DNA from: Ministeria vibrans ATCC 50519
Lineage: Eukaryota; Protista; Filasterea
Reading direction: 5' to 3'
Length of the DNA: 57,580 nt
Assembly (NCBI GenBank): GCA_943704425.1
Contig: CALSCP010000320.1
Coordinates: 1-57,580 of the forward strand
The notes below the pieces were generated by a model. It did no database searches. It was not told where the DNA came from and was given only the letters and a program-made list of their open reading frames with translations. The number at the start of each line of letters is the position of its first letter. The first letter of the stretch is position 1. A program made the position numbers and the translations under genes. Positions 13,801 through 27,772 of this stretch are shown here, in pieces.

Positions 13801-16800
13801 TACATGTGCACACATAAAGTCCCGGCGTGCCCTGGGCACACGTGCCACCATTGGTGCATGGACTCGACAAACACTCGTTGATGTCCACGGTGCACAGCGT
13901 GTCGGTGAATCCACTCGCACACACACAGGCAAACTGGCCGACCGCCGACTCAACACACGACGCACCATTGGCACACGGCGACGAGGCGCACTCGTCAATG
14001 TCAGACTCGCACTGAACACCCGCAAAGCCCGTCACACACGCACACTCAAAGTTGTCAATGCCATTCTCCGAACAAGAGCCTCCATTGGAGCAGGGAGACG
14101 ACGCACACTCGTTAATGTCATCTGCACACAGGGTACCGGTGTAGCCGGCGGCGCAAGTGCACGAAAATCCATCGACACCATCCACACAGGTTGCTCCATT
14201 CGTGCACGGCGATGAGGCACACTCGTCCACGTTCACCGCACACGTGTCGCCCGTGAAGCCGCTGGCACACACACACACAAACAAGTCCGAGGAGGATCCC
14301 TGTCCGCACGACGCACCATTCATGCACGGCGACGACGCACACTCGTCCACGTCCAAGTCGCAGTGCGTGCCCGTAAATCCCGCGGCACACACGCATCCAT
14401 AGCCGTCAACTCCATCGGTGCAGGTAGCACCGTTGGTGCACGGCGACGACTCGCACTCATCCACATTTTGGGCGCAGTGAACTCCAGTGAAACCCGATGC
14501 ACAAGTACACATGTAGCCATCAATAGAGTCGGTACATGTGGCACCGTTGGTGCACGGCAACGAGGCGCACTCGTCCACATCCGATTCGCATTGTGCACCA
14601 GTAAAACCCGACGCACACACACACTCAAACAGGTTGGGCGAGTTGCCTTGCGAACAAACACCTCCATTGGAGCACGGGGACGAGTCACACTCGTCGTCGT
14701 CCACCGTACAGAGTGTCCCTGAAAAGCCAGCGGCACACTGACACGTGAACATGTCTACGCCGTCGCTGCACGACGCACCATTGGCACACGGCGCCGAGGC
14801 GCACTCGTCCACATCTGTTTCGCACACTTCGCCGGTGAATCCCGATGCGCACACGCACACAAACAAATCGGGTTGCGATCCTTGCGAGCAAGTACCGCCA
14901 TTCGAGCAGGGCGTCGACGAGCACTCGTCAAAGTCCGACTCGCAGTGCACGCCCAGAAAGCCACTGGAACACTCACACTCGAAGAGGTTCGGAAGCGACC
15001 CTTGCGAACAGGTGCCGCCGTTCGAGCAAGGCGACGACAAGCACTCGTCCACATCCGATTCACACTGGTCGCCGACAAAGCCCGCGTGGCAGCTACATGT
15101 GTAGCCATCCAATGCGTCGGTACACGTGCCGGCGTTGTTGCACGGCGACGAGTCGCACTCGTTGATCTCCGACTCACAATTCTCACCGGTAAATCCGGAC
15201 GCACACGTGCACACGTACGAGCCTGGAACCACCTCGCCGCATGCACCGCCATTGGAGCACGGCGACGAGTCACACTCGACAATGTCCACCTCACAGTTGG
15301 AGCCAGTGTAGCCGCTAGCGCACGAGCACGTAAACGATGTAACGCCGTCAACACAAGTCGCACCGTTCTCACATGTGTTTGAAATGCAGTCGTCCATGTT
15401 GGTCTCGCACAGCGTGCCCGTGAAGCCAAAGGCGCAGCCACAGGCAAAAGCGTTGCCAGCGGACGGACCCGAAGTGAAGCGGACCACCGGTCGGGGGTTG
15501 CTCACACCTGAGGGGGGGAAGGGAGTAAGACTACAGGCAGACTCAGCGGTATCGGACGAGTAGCGTTGACGCTCCGACACGTAATTGGTGATGGCAACCG
15601 AAATGAACGAGCTGGTGCCCACCGTGTCATCTTCGTGGCAAAAGTTGAAGACGATTGAGCTGGTACCGTCCCACACGAGCGGCTGACGGAAAGGAACGGT
15701 ATTCCAGCCCACGACGGGCGTGTACGGTCCATCGTACAAGTCGGTTGTGCCCGGCGCCGTAGTGTCCACAAAGCCTCCGGAAAGATCCGTAAGCGTCGAC
15801 AGCTGACCAGTGATGGACATTGCGGAAAGCGGATCGCCCGCGACAGTCACATCAAAGGCAATAGAGTCAAGGCCGTCGCCGGCACTCAGACCAACGCCGG
15901 CAAGATCGCTGGCAAGGAAAATCACTTGCTCGCGGAATCGAATGTCGTCACGACGGAAAATGTTGAAATGATCCGTGGTCGTCACGGCAGTTCCAACCGT
16001 TGCCGTGACCACGAGGCCCGCCTCGGTCGGCTCAAAGCAAGTCGCGCCGTTGAAACAGGGCGAGGAAGAACACTCGTCCACATCGGACTCACATGTGGTG
16101 CCCGTGTAGCCGAGAGCACAAGCGCAGAAAAAATTATTGACGCGGTTAAGACAGGTGCCGCCGTTGGTGCACGGTGACGAAGCACACTCGTCCACGTCAG
16201 ACTCACAAGTGTCACCTGTGAATCCAGAGGCGCACTGACAACTAAACACGCCAAAAGCGTGCGAACAAGAACCGCCGTTGGTGCACGGCGACGAAGCACA
16301 CTCATCAATGTCCGACTCGCAAAAGTCACCGGTGAAACCAACGGAACACGAGCACGAATACAAGGTCACAAGGTCGACGCAGGTAGCACCGTTAACACAC
16401 GGACTTGACAAACAGTCGTCAATGTTGGTCTCACAATTCTCGCCGGTGAAGCCCGGCGGGCAGAGACACTCATACAACGCCACACTCGACTGGAAGCAGG
16501 TACCGTCATTCACACAAGGCGACGACACGCACTCATCCATGTCCGATTCGCACTCGTTGCCGGTGAATCCGACAGCGCACGTGCACGCATAAGCATCAAC
16601 CATGTCAGTACAAGTGCCACCATTGGTACAGGGCTGACTGAGACATTCGTCCAAGTCTGTCTCGCAGTTTGTACCCGTGTATCCGCTGGCACACTGGCAC
16701 TCGTACAAATCTGCCAAGAAGCTTTGCGCACAAGTGCCGCCGTTGGTGCACGGCGACGACGCACACTCGTCAATGTCGCTCTCGCACTGGACGCCAGTGA

Positions 16801-19800
16801 ATCCCGTCACACACGTGCACTCAAACAGATCTGCCGAGGCACCCTGCGAGCATGTGCCGCCGTTCGAGCAGGGCGACGAAGTACACTCATCAATGTCCGA
16901 CTCACAATGCGTGCCAGTAAAGCCCGTCACGCAAGTACACGAATACAGGTCGGCAGTGCCACTTTCGACACATGTTCCGCCGTTGGTACATGGCGACGAA
17001 GCACACTCGTCAATGTCGCTCTCGCACTGAACACCTGTGAACCCTGTCACGCAGGTGCACTCAAACAGATCGGGCGAGTTGCCCTCCGAGCAAGTCCCGC
17101 CGTTCGAGCACGGACTCGACGCGCACTCGTCCACATCCGACTCACAGTCGACACCGGTAAACCCAACAGGGCATGTACACTCGTACAGGTCGGGCGAGTT
17201 CCCTTGCGAACAAGTGCCGCCGTTCGAGCACGGAGCGGACTCACATTCGACAATGTCCGACTCGCATTGCGCTCCCGTAAATCCAGGAGCGCATGTACAG
17301 TCGAAAAAGTCTGGAGAGCTGCCCTGCGAGCATGTGCCACCGTTTGTGCACGGGGAGGAAAGGCACTCGTCGAGGTCCGTCTCACAGTTGACACCAGTGA
17401 AACCCTGAGCACAAGTGCACTCGTAGAGATTCGGCGAAGATCCATGCGAGCATGTGCCACCGTTGGCACATGGTGCCGAGTCGCATTCGGAAATATCCGA
17501 CTCGCACTGGTCGCCGGTGAAACCAACTGGACAAGAGCATAAGAAATGATCAAAAGACTCAGTACCGTGGAAGAAGCGAAAGTTGGGGCCAAATCGACCA
17601 GTTGCGCTCGAGCTGAGAACACAGTTGTTTGTGCCGGATGTGTCAGGGAAGAAGAGCGAGTTCACGTTGAGGTCGCAGCGCAGTCGTTGCCCATACGCAA
17701 TGGAGTCTGTGAAAAAAGACGACGTCTGCGCCTCGGCAACATAGCGATCGTTTGTGCCCGAGTTCATGTACAACGCAGATACGATGTATGTTCCGCCATT
17801 GACGAGGCTCACTGGCTGGGAGAGACTCGCATAGCGGAACCCGTTGATGAGTTCGTCCGACGACTGGACAGTGACAGACGCCACGAGTGTGCCACCTGTG
17901 GTCCACACACCAACCTCATGCGAGGCTACAAGACCATCCCCATCGAGATCAAAGATGCCCAACTGGGTAAGACTCACCGCACCCGCAGTCGTGAATGACC
18001 AGCCCACTTGGAAGCCCGAAGCTTCGCCACCCGTATTAAGGTCCGCGGGGCTGTACGATAACTGAGTCAGTGCCACCTGCGGCCCGACAAGACCATTGGA
18101 GCAGGAGCCACCGTTAGAACAGGGCGACGACGCGCATTCGTCAATGTCTGACTCACATAAAGTACCCGTAAAACCAGATGCACATGTGCAATCAAACAGG
18201 TCCGCCGAAGCACCCTGCGAGCATGTGCCGCCGTTCGAGCAGGGCGACGAAGTACACTCATCAATGTCCGACTCACAATGCGTGCCAGTAAAGCCTGTCA
18301 CGCAAGTACACGAATACAGGTCGGCGGTGCCACTTTCGACACATGTTCCGCCGTTGGTACATGGCGACGAAGCACACTCGTCAATGTCGCTCTCGCACTG
18401 AACACCTGTGAACCCTGTCACGCAGGTGCACTCAAACAANNNNNNNNGCCACTTTCGACACATGTTCCGCCGTTGGTGCATGGCGACGAAGCACACTCGT
18501 CAATGTCGCTCTCGCACTGAACACCTGTGAACCCTGTCACGCAGGTGCACTCAAACAAATCGGGCGAGTTGCCCTCCGAGCAAGTGCCACCGTTCGAGCA
18601 CGGACTTGACGAGCACTCATCGATGTCGCTTTCGCACTGGACGCCAGTGTATCCCGTCGCACAAGTACACTCAAACAGGTCTGCCGAAGCGCCCTGCAAG
18701 CATGTGCCACCGTTGGAGCATGGCAAAGAAGTACACTCATCAATGTCCGACTCACAATGCGTGCCGGTGAAGCCTGTCACGCAAGTACACGAGTACAAAT
18801 CAATTGTCCCACTCTCAACACAAGTACCGCCATTCGTGCAAGGCGACGAAACACATTCGTCAATGTCGGATTCGCAGCTATCTCCCGTGTAGCCGGCAGC
18901 GCAGGTGCACGTAAATCCGTTCGCACCATCGTTGCAGGTGCCACCATTTTGACACGGGCTCGATGCGCATTCGTCAATGTCAGTCTGGCACTGTTTGCCT
19001 TCGTATCCCGAGGCGCAGTCACAGGTAAAAAGAGGAACATGGCCGCTCACGACTAGGTCATCAATGTAAACTACACGCGAGGACGCGTACGACGTGAAGG
19101 AGCAGGATACAACCGCGGTCGAGCCAGTCATCGATGCCGTTTTTGTGATCCACTCGTCCGAGACAAAAGAAGTACCGTCCATATCGACAATAGTCGACAC
19201 GGTGCCACTCTCGCTCATCACCTGACAGGAAAATTGATCCTGCGACGAGTAGCTGAGGGAAAACGCAAAGAAAAACGACACGGAAATGTCGGCAGCACCT
19301 GCCGCTGAGACATCAATCTCCGTGAAGGTAACCGTTACGGCTCCCTTGCCATTGCCAATGGCAAACACACGGTTGCCATTCACTTCCATAATGCCAATCG
19401 GCGCAGACGAGATGCGTGAGTAAGAGCCCTGCGGTGCTGGTACAACATCCGTTTCGAAACCAATTTCGTCGGCGAGATCGGTCGCGACCGTGCTTTGAAC
19501 AGTGTTAAAGTTCAGGTAGTTTAGAAGCGCGTGGGGCGCAGCCGAAGCAAGTGAGGGGTTCTCTGCATACGTTCCTTGTGTGCTCACGGTCTCAGCATCA
19601 AACGATGTCGATGCAATCGTGGACACACCCTCGTTGACGCATGTCCCGCCGTTGCTACATGGCGACGAAGCACACTCGTTGACGTTGGTTTCGCATTGTG
19701 CGCCGGTAAATGCCGGTCGACAACTGCACTCAAACAGGTGGGGCGAGTTGCCCTGCGAGCAAGTACCGCCGTTCGAGCACGGACTCGACGCGCACTCGTC

Positions 19801-22800
19801 CACATCCGACTCACAGTCGACACCGGTGAAACCTGCGGCACAGGTGCACTCGTACAGGTCGGGCGAGTTGCCTTGCGAACAAGTGNNNNNNNNNAGCACG
19901 GACTCGACGCGCACTCGTCCACATCCGACTCACAGTCGACACCGGTGAAACCTGCGGCACAGGTGCACTCGTACAGGTCGGGCGAGTTGCCTTGCGAACA
20001 AGTACCGCCGTTAGAGCACGGAGCGGACTCACATTCGACAATGTCCGACTCGCAGTTCGTGCCAGTAAAGCCGGCGTGGCAGGAGCATGTGTACAAATCG
20101 GCCGTGCCAGATTCAACACAAGTACCGCCGTTGGTGCACGGCGACGACACACACTCGTCAATGTCGCTCTCGCACTGGACGCCAGTGAATCCCGTCACAC
20201 ACGTGCACTCAAACAGATCTGCCGAGGCACCCTGCGAGCATGTGCCGCCGTTCGAGCAGGGCGACGAAGTACACTCATCCATGTCCGACTCACAATGCGT
20301 GCCAGTAAAGCCCGTCACGCAAGTACACGAATACAAGTCGGCAGTGCCACTTTCGACACATGTTCCGCCGTTGGTACATGGCGACGAAGCACACTCGTCA
20401 ATGTCGCTCTCGCACTGAACACCTGTGAACCCTGTCACGCAGGTGCACTCAAACAAATCGGGCGAGTTGCCCTCCGAGCAAGTCCCGCCGTTCGAGCACG
20501 GACTCGACGCGCACTCGTCCACATCCGACTCACAGTCGACACCGGTAAACCCAACAGGGCATGTACACTCGTACAGGTTGGGCGAGTTGCCTTGCGAACA
20601 AGTGCCGCCGTTCGAGCACGGAGCGGACTCACACTCGACAATGTCCGACTCGCAGTTCGTGCCAGTAAAGCCGGCGTGGCAGGAGCATGTGTACAAATCG
20701 GCCGTGCCAGATTCAACACAAGTACCGCCGTTGGTGCACGGCGACGACGCACACTCGTCAATGTCGCTCTCGCACTGGACGCCAGTGAATCCCGTCACAC
20801 ACGTGCACTCAAACAGGTCCGCCGAGGCACCCTGCGAGCATGTGCCGCCGTTCGAGCAGGGCGACGAAGTACACTCATCAATGTCCGACTCGCAATTGAT
20901 GCCGGTGAATCCCGATACGCATGTACATGCATAGTCGGATGGGACCTCGGTGAATGTCACATCATCAATGAGCATGCGATCCGAATTGGAGGCGGTGTTA
21001 ACCGTGCAAGAGAGCGTTGCAGTGGTACCCTGAGGCACCACCGAGTACTCTACCCAATTTCCTGTGTCGAGACTCTCAGCCTCAATTTCCGTTCCAGTAT
21101 ACGAAAAAAGGGAGTAGACAGTGTTCGCCTGGTTCGTGACTCGACATTCAAGGGTGTCTGAGGCGTCCCAGATAGCGGGACGAATCGCAACAGTCAAGGA
21201 CACCACAACTGCATGGTCAAGGTCAATGTTCACAGGAGTAAATGTCACCGTGACGGGACTGCGGCCCTTGGCAAGGCTGAATACATGATTGCTGGACAAA
21301 AGTGGGTCACTCATTACACCAATAGAAGCACTGACAATTTGTTGATAATTGGAATCGGGAGTCACTGACGTCGAAAAGCCAAAGGTACCCACGGTGCTGA
21401 CAACAATATTGTTGCTGCCCCCTTGATTGAGCAGTTGATGAAAAGAAGGATTCGATGAGGGCTCCGTGTACGAATCGCCCACAGCCTCCGCGCTGAAGTC
21501 ATTCTGAGCAATGACACGCGGGGATTCCTCGACGCAAGTACCTCCATTAGTGCAGGGCGCTGAAGTGCACTCATCAATATCGCTCTCGCACGTATCACCA
21601 GTATGAGAAGCAAGACAATTGCAAGTGAATCGATCGGCACCATCAACACAAGTGCCATGGTTCACACATGGACTCGACGCGCACTCGTCCACGTCAGTCT
21701 CACACATGTCACCGACAAATCCACTGGGGCAAATACACTCAAACAGATCTGGTAAATTGCCTTGAGAACAAGTGCCGCCGTTCGAGCACGGAGCGGACTC
21801 ACACTCGTCAATGTCCGACTCGCAGTTCGTGCCAGTGAAGCCGGCGTGGCAGGAGCATGTGTACAAATCGGCCGTGCCAGATTCAACACAAGTACCGCCG
21901 TTGGTGCACGGCGACGACACACACTCGTCAATGTCGCTCTCGCACTGGACGCCAGTGAATCCCGTCACACACGTGCACTCAAACAGGNNNNNNNNNNNNN
22001 NNNNNNNNNNNNNNNNNNNNNNNNNNNNNNNNNNNNNNNNNNNNNNNNNNNNNNNNNNNNNNNNNNNNNNNNNNNNNNNNNCCGTCACGCAAGTACACGA
22101 ATACAGGTCGGCAGTGCCACTTTCGACACATGTTCCGCCGTTGGTACATGGCGACGAAGCACACTCGTCAATGTCGCTCTCGCACTGAACACCTGTGAAC
22201 CCTGTCACGCAGGTGCACTCAAACAGATCGGGCGAGTTGCCCTCCGAGCAAGTCCCGCCGTTCGAGCACGGACTCGACGCGCACTCGTCCACATCCGACT
22301 CACAGTCGACACCGGTGAAACCTGCGGCACAGGTGCACTCGTACAGGTCGGGCGAGTTGCCTTGCGAACAAGTGCCGCCATTCGAACACGGAGCGGACTC
22401 ACACTCGACAATGTCCGACTCGCAGTTCGTGCCAGTAAAGCCGGCGTGGCAGGAGCATGTGTACAAATCGGCCGTGCCAGATTCAACACAAGTACCGCCG
22501 TTGGTGCACGGCGACGACACACACTCGTCAATGTCGCTCTCGCACTGGACGCCAGTGAATCCCGTCACACACGTGCACTCAAACAGGTCCGCCGAGGCAC
22601 CCTGCGAGCATGTGCCGCCGTTCGAGCAGGGCGACGAAGTACACTCATCAATGTCCGACTCACAATGCGTGCCAGTAAAGCCCGTCACGCAAGTACACGA
22701 ATACAGGTCGGCAGTGCCACTTTCGACACATGTTCCGCCGTTGGTACATGGCGACGAAGCACACTCGTCAATGTCGCTCTCGCACTGAACACCTGTGAAC

Positions 22801-25800
22801 CCTGTCACGCAGGTGCACTCAAACAAATCGGGCGAGTTGCCTTCCGAGCAAGTGCCACCGTTCGAGCACGGACTTGACGAGCACTCATCGATGTCGCTTT
22901 CGCACTGGACGCCAGTGTATCCCGTCGCACAAGTACACTCAAACAGGTCTGCCGAAGCGCCCTGCAAGCATGTGCCACCGTTGGAGCATGGCAAAGAAGT
23001 ACACTCATCAATGTCCGACTCACAATGCGTGCCGGTGAAGCCTGTCACGCAAGTACACGAGTACAAATCAATTGTCCCACTCTCAACACAAGTACCGCCA
23101 TTCGTGCAAGGCGACGAAACACATTCGTCAATGTCGGATTCGCAGCTATCTCCCGTGTAGCCGGCAGCGCAGGTGCACGTAAATCCGTTCGCACCATCGT
23201 TGCAGGTGCCACCATTTTGACACGGGCTCGATGCGCATTCGTCAATGTCAGTCTGGCACTGTTTGCCTTCGTATCCCGAGGCGCAGTCACAGGTAAAAAG
23301 AGGAACATGGCCGCTCACGACTAGGTCATCAATGTAAACTACACGCGAGGACGCGTACGACGTGAAGGAGCAGGATACAACCGCGGTCGAGCCAGTCATC
23401 GATGCCGTTTTTGTGATCCACTCGTCCGAGACAAAAGAAGTACCGTCCATATCGACAATAGTCGACACGGTGCCACTCTCGCTCATCACCTGACAGGAAA
23501 ATTGATCCTGCGACGAGTAGCTGAGGGAAAACGCAAAGAAAAACGACACGGAAATGTCGGCAGCACCTGCCGCTGAGACATCAATCTCCGTGAAGGTAAC
23601 CGTTACGGCTCCCTTGCCATTGCCAATGGCAAACACACGGTTGCCATTCACTTCCATAATGCCAATCGGCGCAGACGAGATGCGTGAGTAAGAGCCCTGC
23701 GGTGCTGGTACAACATCCGTTTCGAAACCAATTTCGTCGGCGAGATCGGTCGCGACCGTGCTTTGAACAGTGTTAAAGTTCAGGTAGTTTAGAAGCGCGT
23801 GGGGCGCAGCCGAAGCAAGTGAGGGGTTCTCTGCATACGTTCCTTGTGTGCTCACGGTCTCAGCATCAAACGATGTCGATGCAATCGTGGACACACCCTC
23901 GTTGACGCATGTCCCGCCGTTGCTACATGGCGACGAAGCACACTCGTTGACGTTGGTTTCGCATTGTGCGCCGGTAAATGCCGGTCGACAACTGCACTCA
24001 AACAGGTGGGGCGAGTTGCCCTGCGAGCAAGTACCGCCGTTCGAGCACGGACTCGACGCGCACTCGTCCACATCCGACTCACAGTCGACACCGGTGAAAC
24101 CTGCGGCACAGGTGCACTCGTACAGGTCGGGCGAGTTGCCTTGCGAACAAGTGCCNNNNNNNNNNNNNNNNNNNNNNNNNCATTCGACAATGTCCGACTC
24201 GCAGTTCGTGCCAGTAAAGCCGGCGTGGCAGGAGCATGTGTACAAATCGGCCGTGCCAGATTCAACACAAGTACCGCCGTTGGTGCACGGCGACGACACA
24301 CACTCGTCAATGTCGCTCTCGCACTGGACGCCAGTGAATCCCGTCACACACGTGCACTCAAACAGGTCCGCCGAGGCACCCTGCGAGCATGTGCCGCCGT
24401 TCGAGCAGGGCGACGAAGTACACTCATCAATGTCCGACTCACAATGCGTGCCAGTAAAGCCTGTCACGCAAGTACACGAATACAGGTCGGCGGTGCCACT
24501 TTCGACACATGTTCCGCCGTTGGTACATGGCGACGAAGCACACTCGTCAATGTCGCTCTCGCACTGAACACCTGTGAACCCTGTCACGCAGGTGCACTCA
24601 AACAGATCGGGCGAGTTGCCCTGCGAGCAAGTCCCGCCGTTCGAGCACGGACTCGACGCGCACTCGTCCACATCCGACTCACAGTCGACACCGGTGAAAC
24701 CTGCGGCACAGGTGCACTCGTACAGGTTGGGCGAGTTGCCTTGCGAACAAGTGCCGCCATTCGAGCACGGAGCGGACTCACACTCGACAATGTCCGACTC
24801 GCAGTTCGTGCCAGTAAAGCCGGCGTGGCAGGAGCATGTGTACAAATCGGCCGTGCCAGATTCAACACAAGTACCGCCGTTGGTGCACGGCGACGACACA
24901 CACTCGTCAATGTCGCTCTCGCACTGGACGCCAGTGAATCCCGTCACACACGTGCACTCAAACAGGTCCGCCGAGGCACCCTGCGAGCATGTGCCGCCGT
25001 TCGAGCAGGGCGACGAAGTACACTCATCAATGTCCGACTCACAATGCGTGCCAGTAAAGCCCGTCACGCAAGTACACGAATACAGGTCGGCGGTGCCACT
25101 TTCGACACATGTTCCGCCGTTGGTACATGGCGACGAAGCACACTCGTCAATGTCGCTCTCGCACTGAACACCTGTGAACCCTGTCACGCAGGTGCACTCA
25201 AACAAATCGGGCGAACTGCCCTCCGAGCAAGTCCCGCCGTTCGAGCACGGACTCGACGCGCACTCGTCCACATCCGACTCACAATCGACACCGGTGAAAC
25301 CTGCGGCACAGGTGCACTCGTACAGGTTGGGCGAGTTGCCTTGCGAACAAGTGCCGCCGTTCGAGCACGGAGCGGACTCGCACTCGACAATGTCCGACTC
25401 GCAGTTCGTGCCAGTAAAGCCGGCGTGGCAGGAGCATGTGTACAAATCAATTGTCCCACTCTCAACACAAGTACCGCCGTTGGTGCACGGCGACGACACA
25501 CACTCGTCAATGTCGCTCTCGCACTGGACACCAGTAAATCCCGTCACACACGTGCACTCAAACAGGTCCGCCGAGGCACCCTGCGAGCATGTACCGCCGT
25601 TCGAGCAGGGCGACGAAGTACACTCATCCATGTCCGACTCACAATGCGTGCCAGTAAAGCCCGTCACGCAAGTACACGAGTACTCGTTTGCGTTGGAACC
25701 GTCGACACAGGTAGCACCGTTAGAACAAGGCGAGCTGGCACATTCGTCAATGTCTGACTCGCATCGGGAACCCGTAAAGCCAGTGTGGCATTTGCACAGA

Positions 25801-27015
25801 AATTGATCGAGCTGAGCGCCCTCAATACAAGTGCCGCCATTTGAGCAGGGCGAAGAGCCACAGTCGTTCAAATCGGTCTCACAAAAGGTCCCGGTAAAAC
25901 CGCCCACACAAGTGCACGTGTATAAGTTGGGAAGGAAAAAGTCGGTGCAGGTGCCACCGTTGTGGCATGGACTCGACTCGCATTCGTCGTAGTTTTGATC
26001 ACACAAAGTGCCGGTGTAGCCTGCAGAACAAATGCAAGCAAACATGTTGGCGGACGAGCCTTGCGTGCACGTTGCGGCGTTTTTGCAGGGGTTCGAGTCG
26101 CATTCATTAATGTCGACGTCACACACGTTGCCACTGAACCCGGCGGCGCATTGACATGAGAAACCGTCAACGTCGTCGGTGCATGTGCCTCCATTGGTAC
26201 ACGGCGACGAGTTGCACTCATTCACATTGGACTCACAAACGTCTCCAGAAAAGCCTGAGGCGCACACGCAGTCATACGAATCCACACCGTCCACGCAGGT
26301 GGCGCCGTTGGTGCACGGCGACGACGCGCAGTCGTCAATGTTCTCGGCGCACAACGTACCGGAAAATCCGGCTGCGCATGCACACCCAAAGCCATTAATA
26401 CTGTCGGTGCATGTGCCACCATTCGTGCACGGTGATGAGTCGCACTAATAAAAAACAAAAAAAAAAAACAAAAACAAAAAGGTGTGAAAAACGACGGGTG
26501 GGTGTACGCGAGCGAGTGAGTTAAAGCATGAATATACACTTGGTAATGGGTCGCAATGTGAGACGTCTATTACGCCAATGCCTCACCTCATTGATTTCTT
26601 GGGCACACGAGTTGCCGGTGTAGCCTGAGCGACAGGTGCATGAGTAGCCGTCGATGAGGTCCTGGCAGGTCCCGCCCTGTGCGCACGGGCTTGAGACGCA
26701 CTCGTCGACGTTTTCGTCGCACTTTGTTCCCACAAAGCCCCCCGGACAGATGCATTCAAACAGATTGAAGTCGTTGGTGTCGATGCAGGTTGCGCCGTTA
26801 GCGCATGGACTTGAGCCACACTCGGCAATATCTGTCTGGCAGTCGCTGCCCGTAAAGCCGGCCAAGCACTGACACGTGTAGGTGGTAGCACCTCCTGAAA
26901 TGCACGTGCCGATGTTCTGGCAGGGGCTAGAGTCGCAGTCGTCGGCGCGGGCGGGCTGTGTGGCGCCCACAAGGAGCAGTGCCAGCAGAAGGAGAGACGC
27001 GTTTGCTTGAAACAT
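10886..27015 (-). CDS. Giant single-pass receptor A (~5,300 aa): signal peptide, ~95-100 EGF repeats with 5 inserted beta-domains, GCC2/GCC3-like Cys repeat, ZU5-like domain with RRRR, TM, ~220 aa tail; single intron 26445-26586
   Basis: ATG at 27015 gives [24 protein letters not shown]; ORFs 26521-27063, 19584-26354, 18418-19914 and 10886-18496 are broken only by the intron and N-gaps; [24 protein letters not shown] followed by RHRR; C-terminus LYDERYV. Confidence 0.88.
16715..25680 (-). repeat. Array of near-identical 600-bp (5 x 40-aa EGF) coding repeats, interrupted by inserted domains and N-gaps
   Basis: Same nucleotide strings at 600-bp offsets (22195/22795, 24574/25174); repeating units [36 protein letters not shown]. 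Confidence 0.9.
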
Positions 27016-27050
27016 CGCGACGCCCCCTGCCCTTTTCTTCGCTGCTTTGT

Positions 27051-27060
27051 CTATATATAG
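27051..27060 (-). promoter_or_regulatory. TATA-like box upstream of receptor A
   Basis: CTATATATAG about 40 bp upstream of ATG 27015. Confidence 0.4.
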
Positions 27061-27772
27061 CACAGTCTTGTTAATGGCCGGCGATTGCAGCGTAAGCTCA
27101 AACGGTACTGTAAGTTTAAGTCGTTTGAGATTTGCAACACTTTTTTTTTTTTAATAATAAAAGAAGAAATATCACAGCTTGATTTTGCAGGGACAACAAA
27201 TGGGAATCGTATGGGGTGAGGGGAGAGAACACATGCCAAAGAGACGTATGCGGGGCGCGGCGGGGTGCTGGCGAGTGCCGAATTGGGCGTGAGCGATTGA
27301 GACGGACCTGAAAACGATGGAAAAAACTCTCTCACGCTCAGAAAACAACCAAGCAGCGTCCAAGAGTCTGAGGCTTATTCGAAGATGGATAACCTTCGAG
27401 ACAGCAGTACAATGGAGAGGCCACAGAGGAGAGAAAAAGGAATGAATTATGAAAAGGTTATTTATAGTTTCTCGTCGGTATTCTGTCTAAAATGTTTTCT
27501 TTCTTTTCTTATTGAAGATCAAAAAGAATAAATGGAGCAATAATAAAATTTATGGAGGGACTCACTCACTCAACCGTCCGCGTGGAAGCATTGTATTGCA
27601 ACACACTATTGCCTCTTAATTATATTTATTTATTAATTCTTCTCTCACAATATATTTATTATTTTAATTTATGAAACAATAATAATATAAATTTTATTAT
27701 TGTTTATTATTATTATTATTTTATTGCTCTCTTTTCACTCTCACTCCTCTCTCTCTGAGTGCACGTTGCTCT

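Noticed and set aside
16715-25680. CRISPR-like or mobile-element repeat array
   Set aside because: Repeats are in-frame EGF codons with no unique spacers, terminal repeats, transposase or cas genes
19576-25806. Long plus-strand ORFs (e.g. 23844-25757, 637 aa)
   Set aside because: Antisense shadows of the repetitive EGF coding sequence with no independent features
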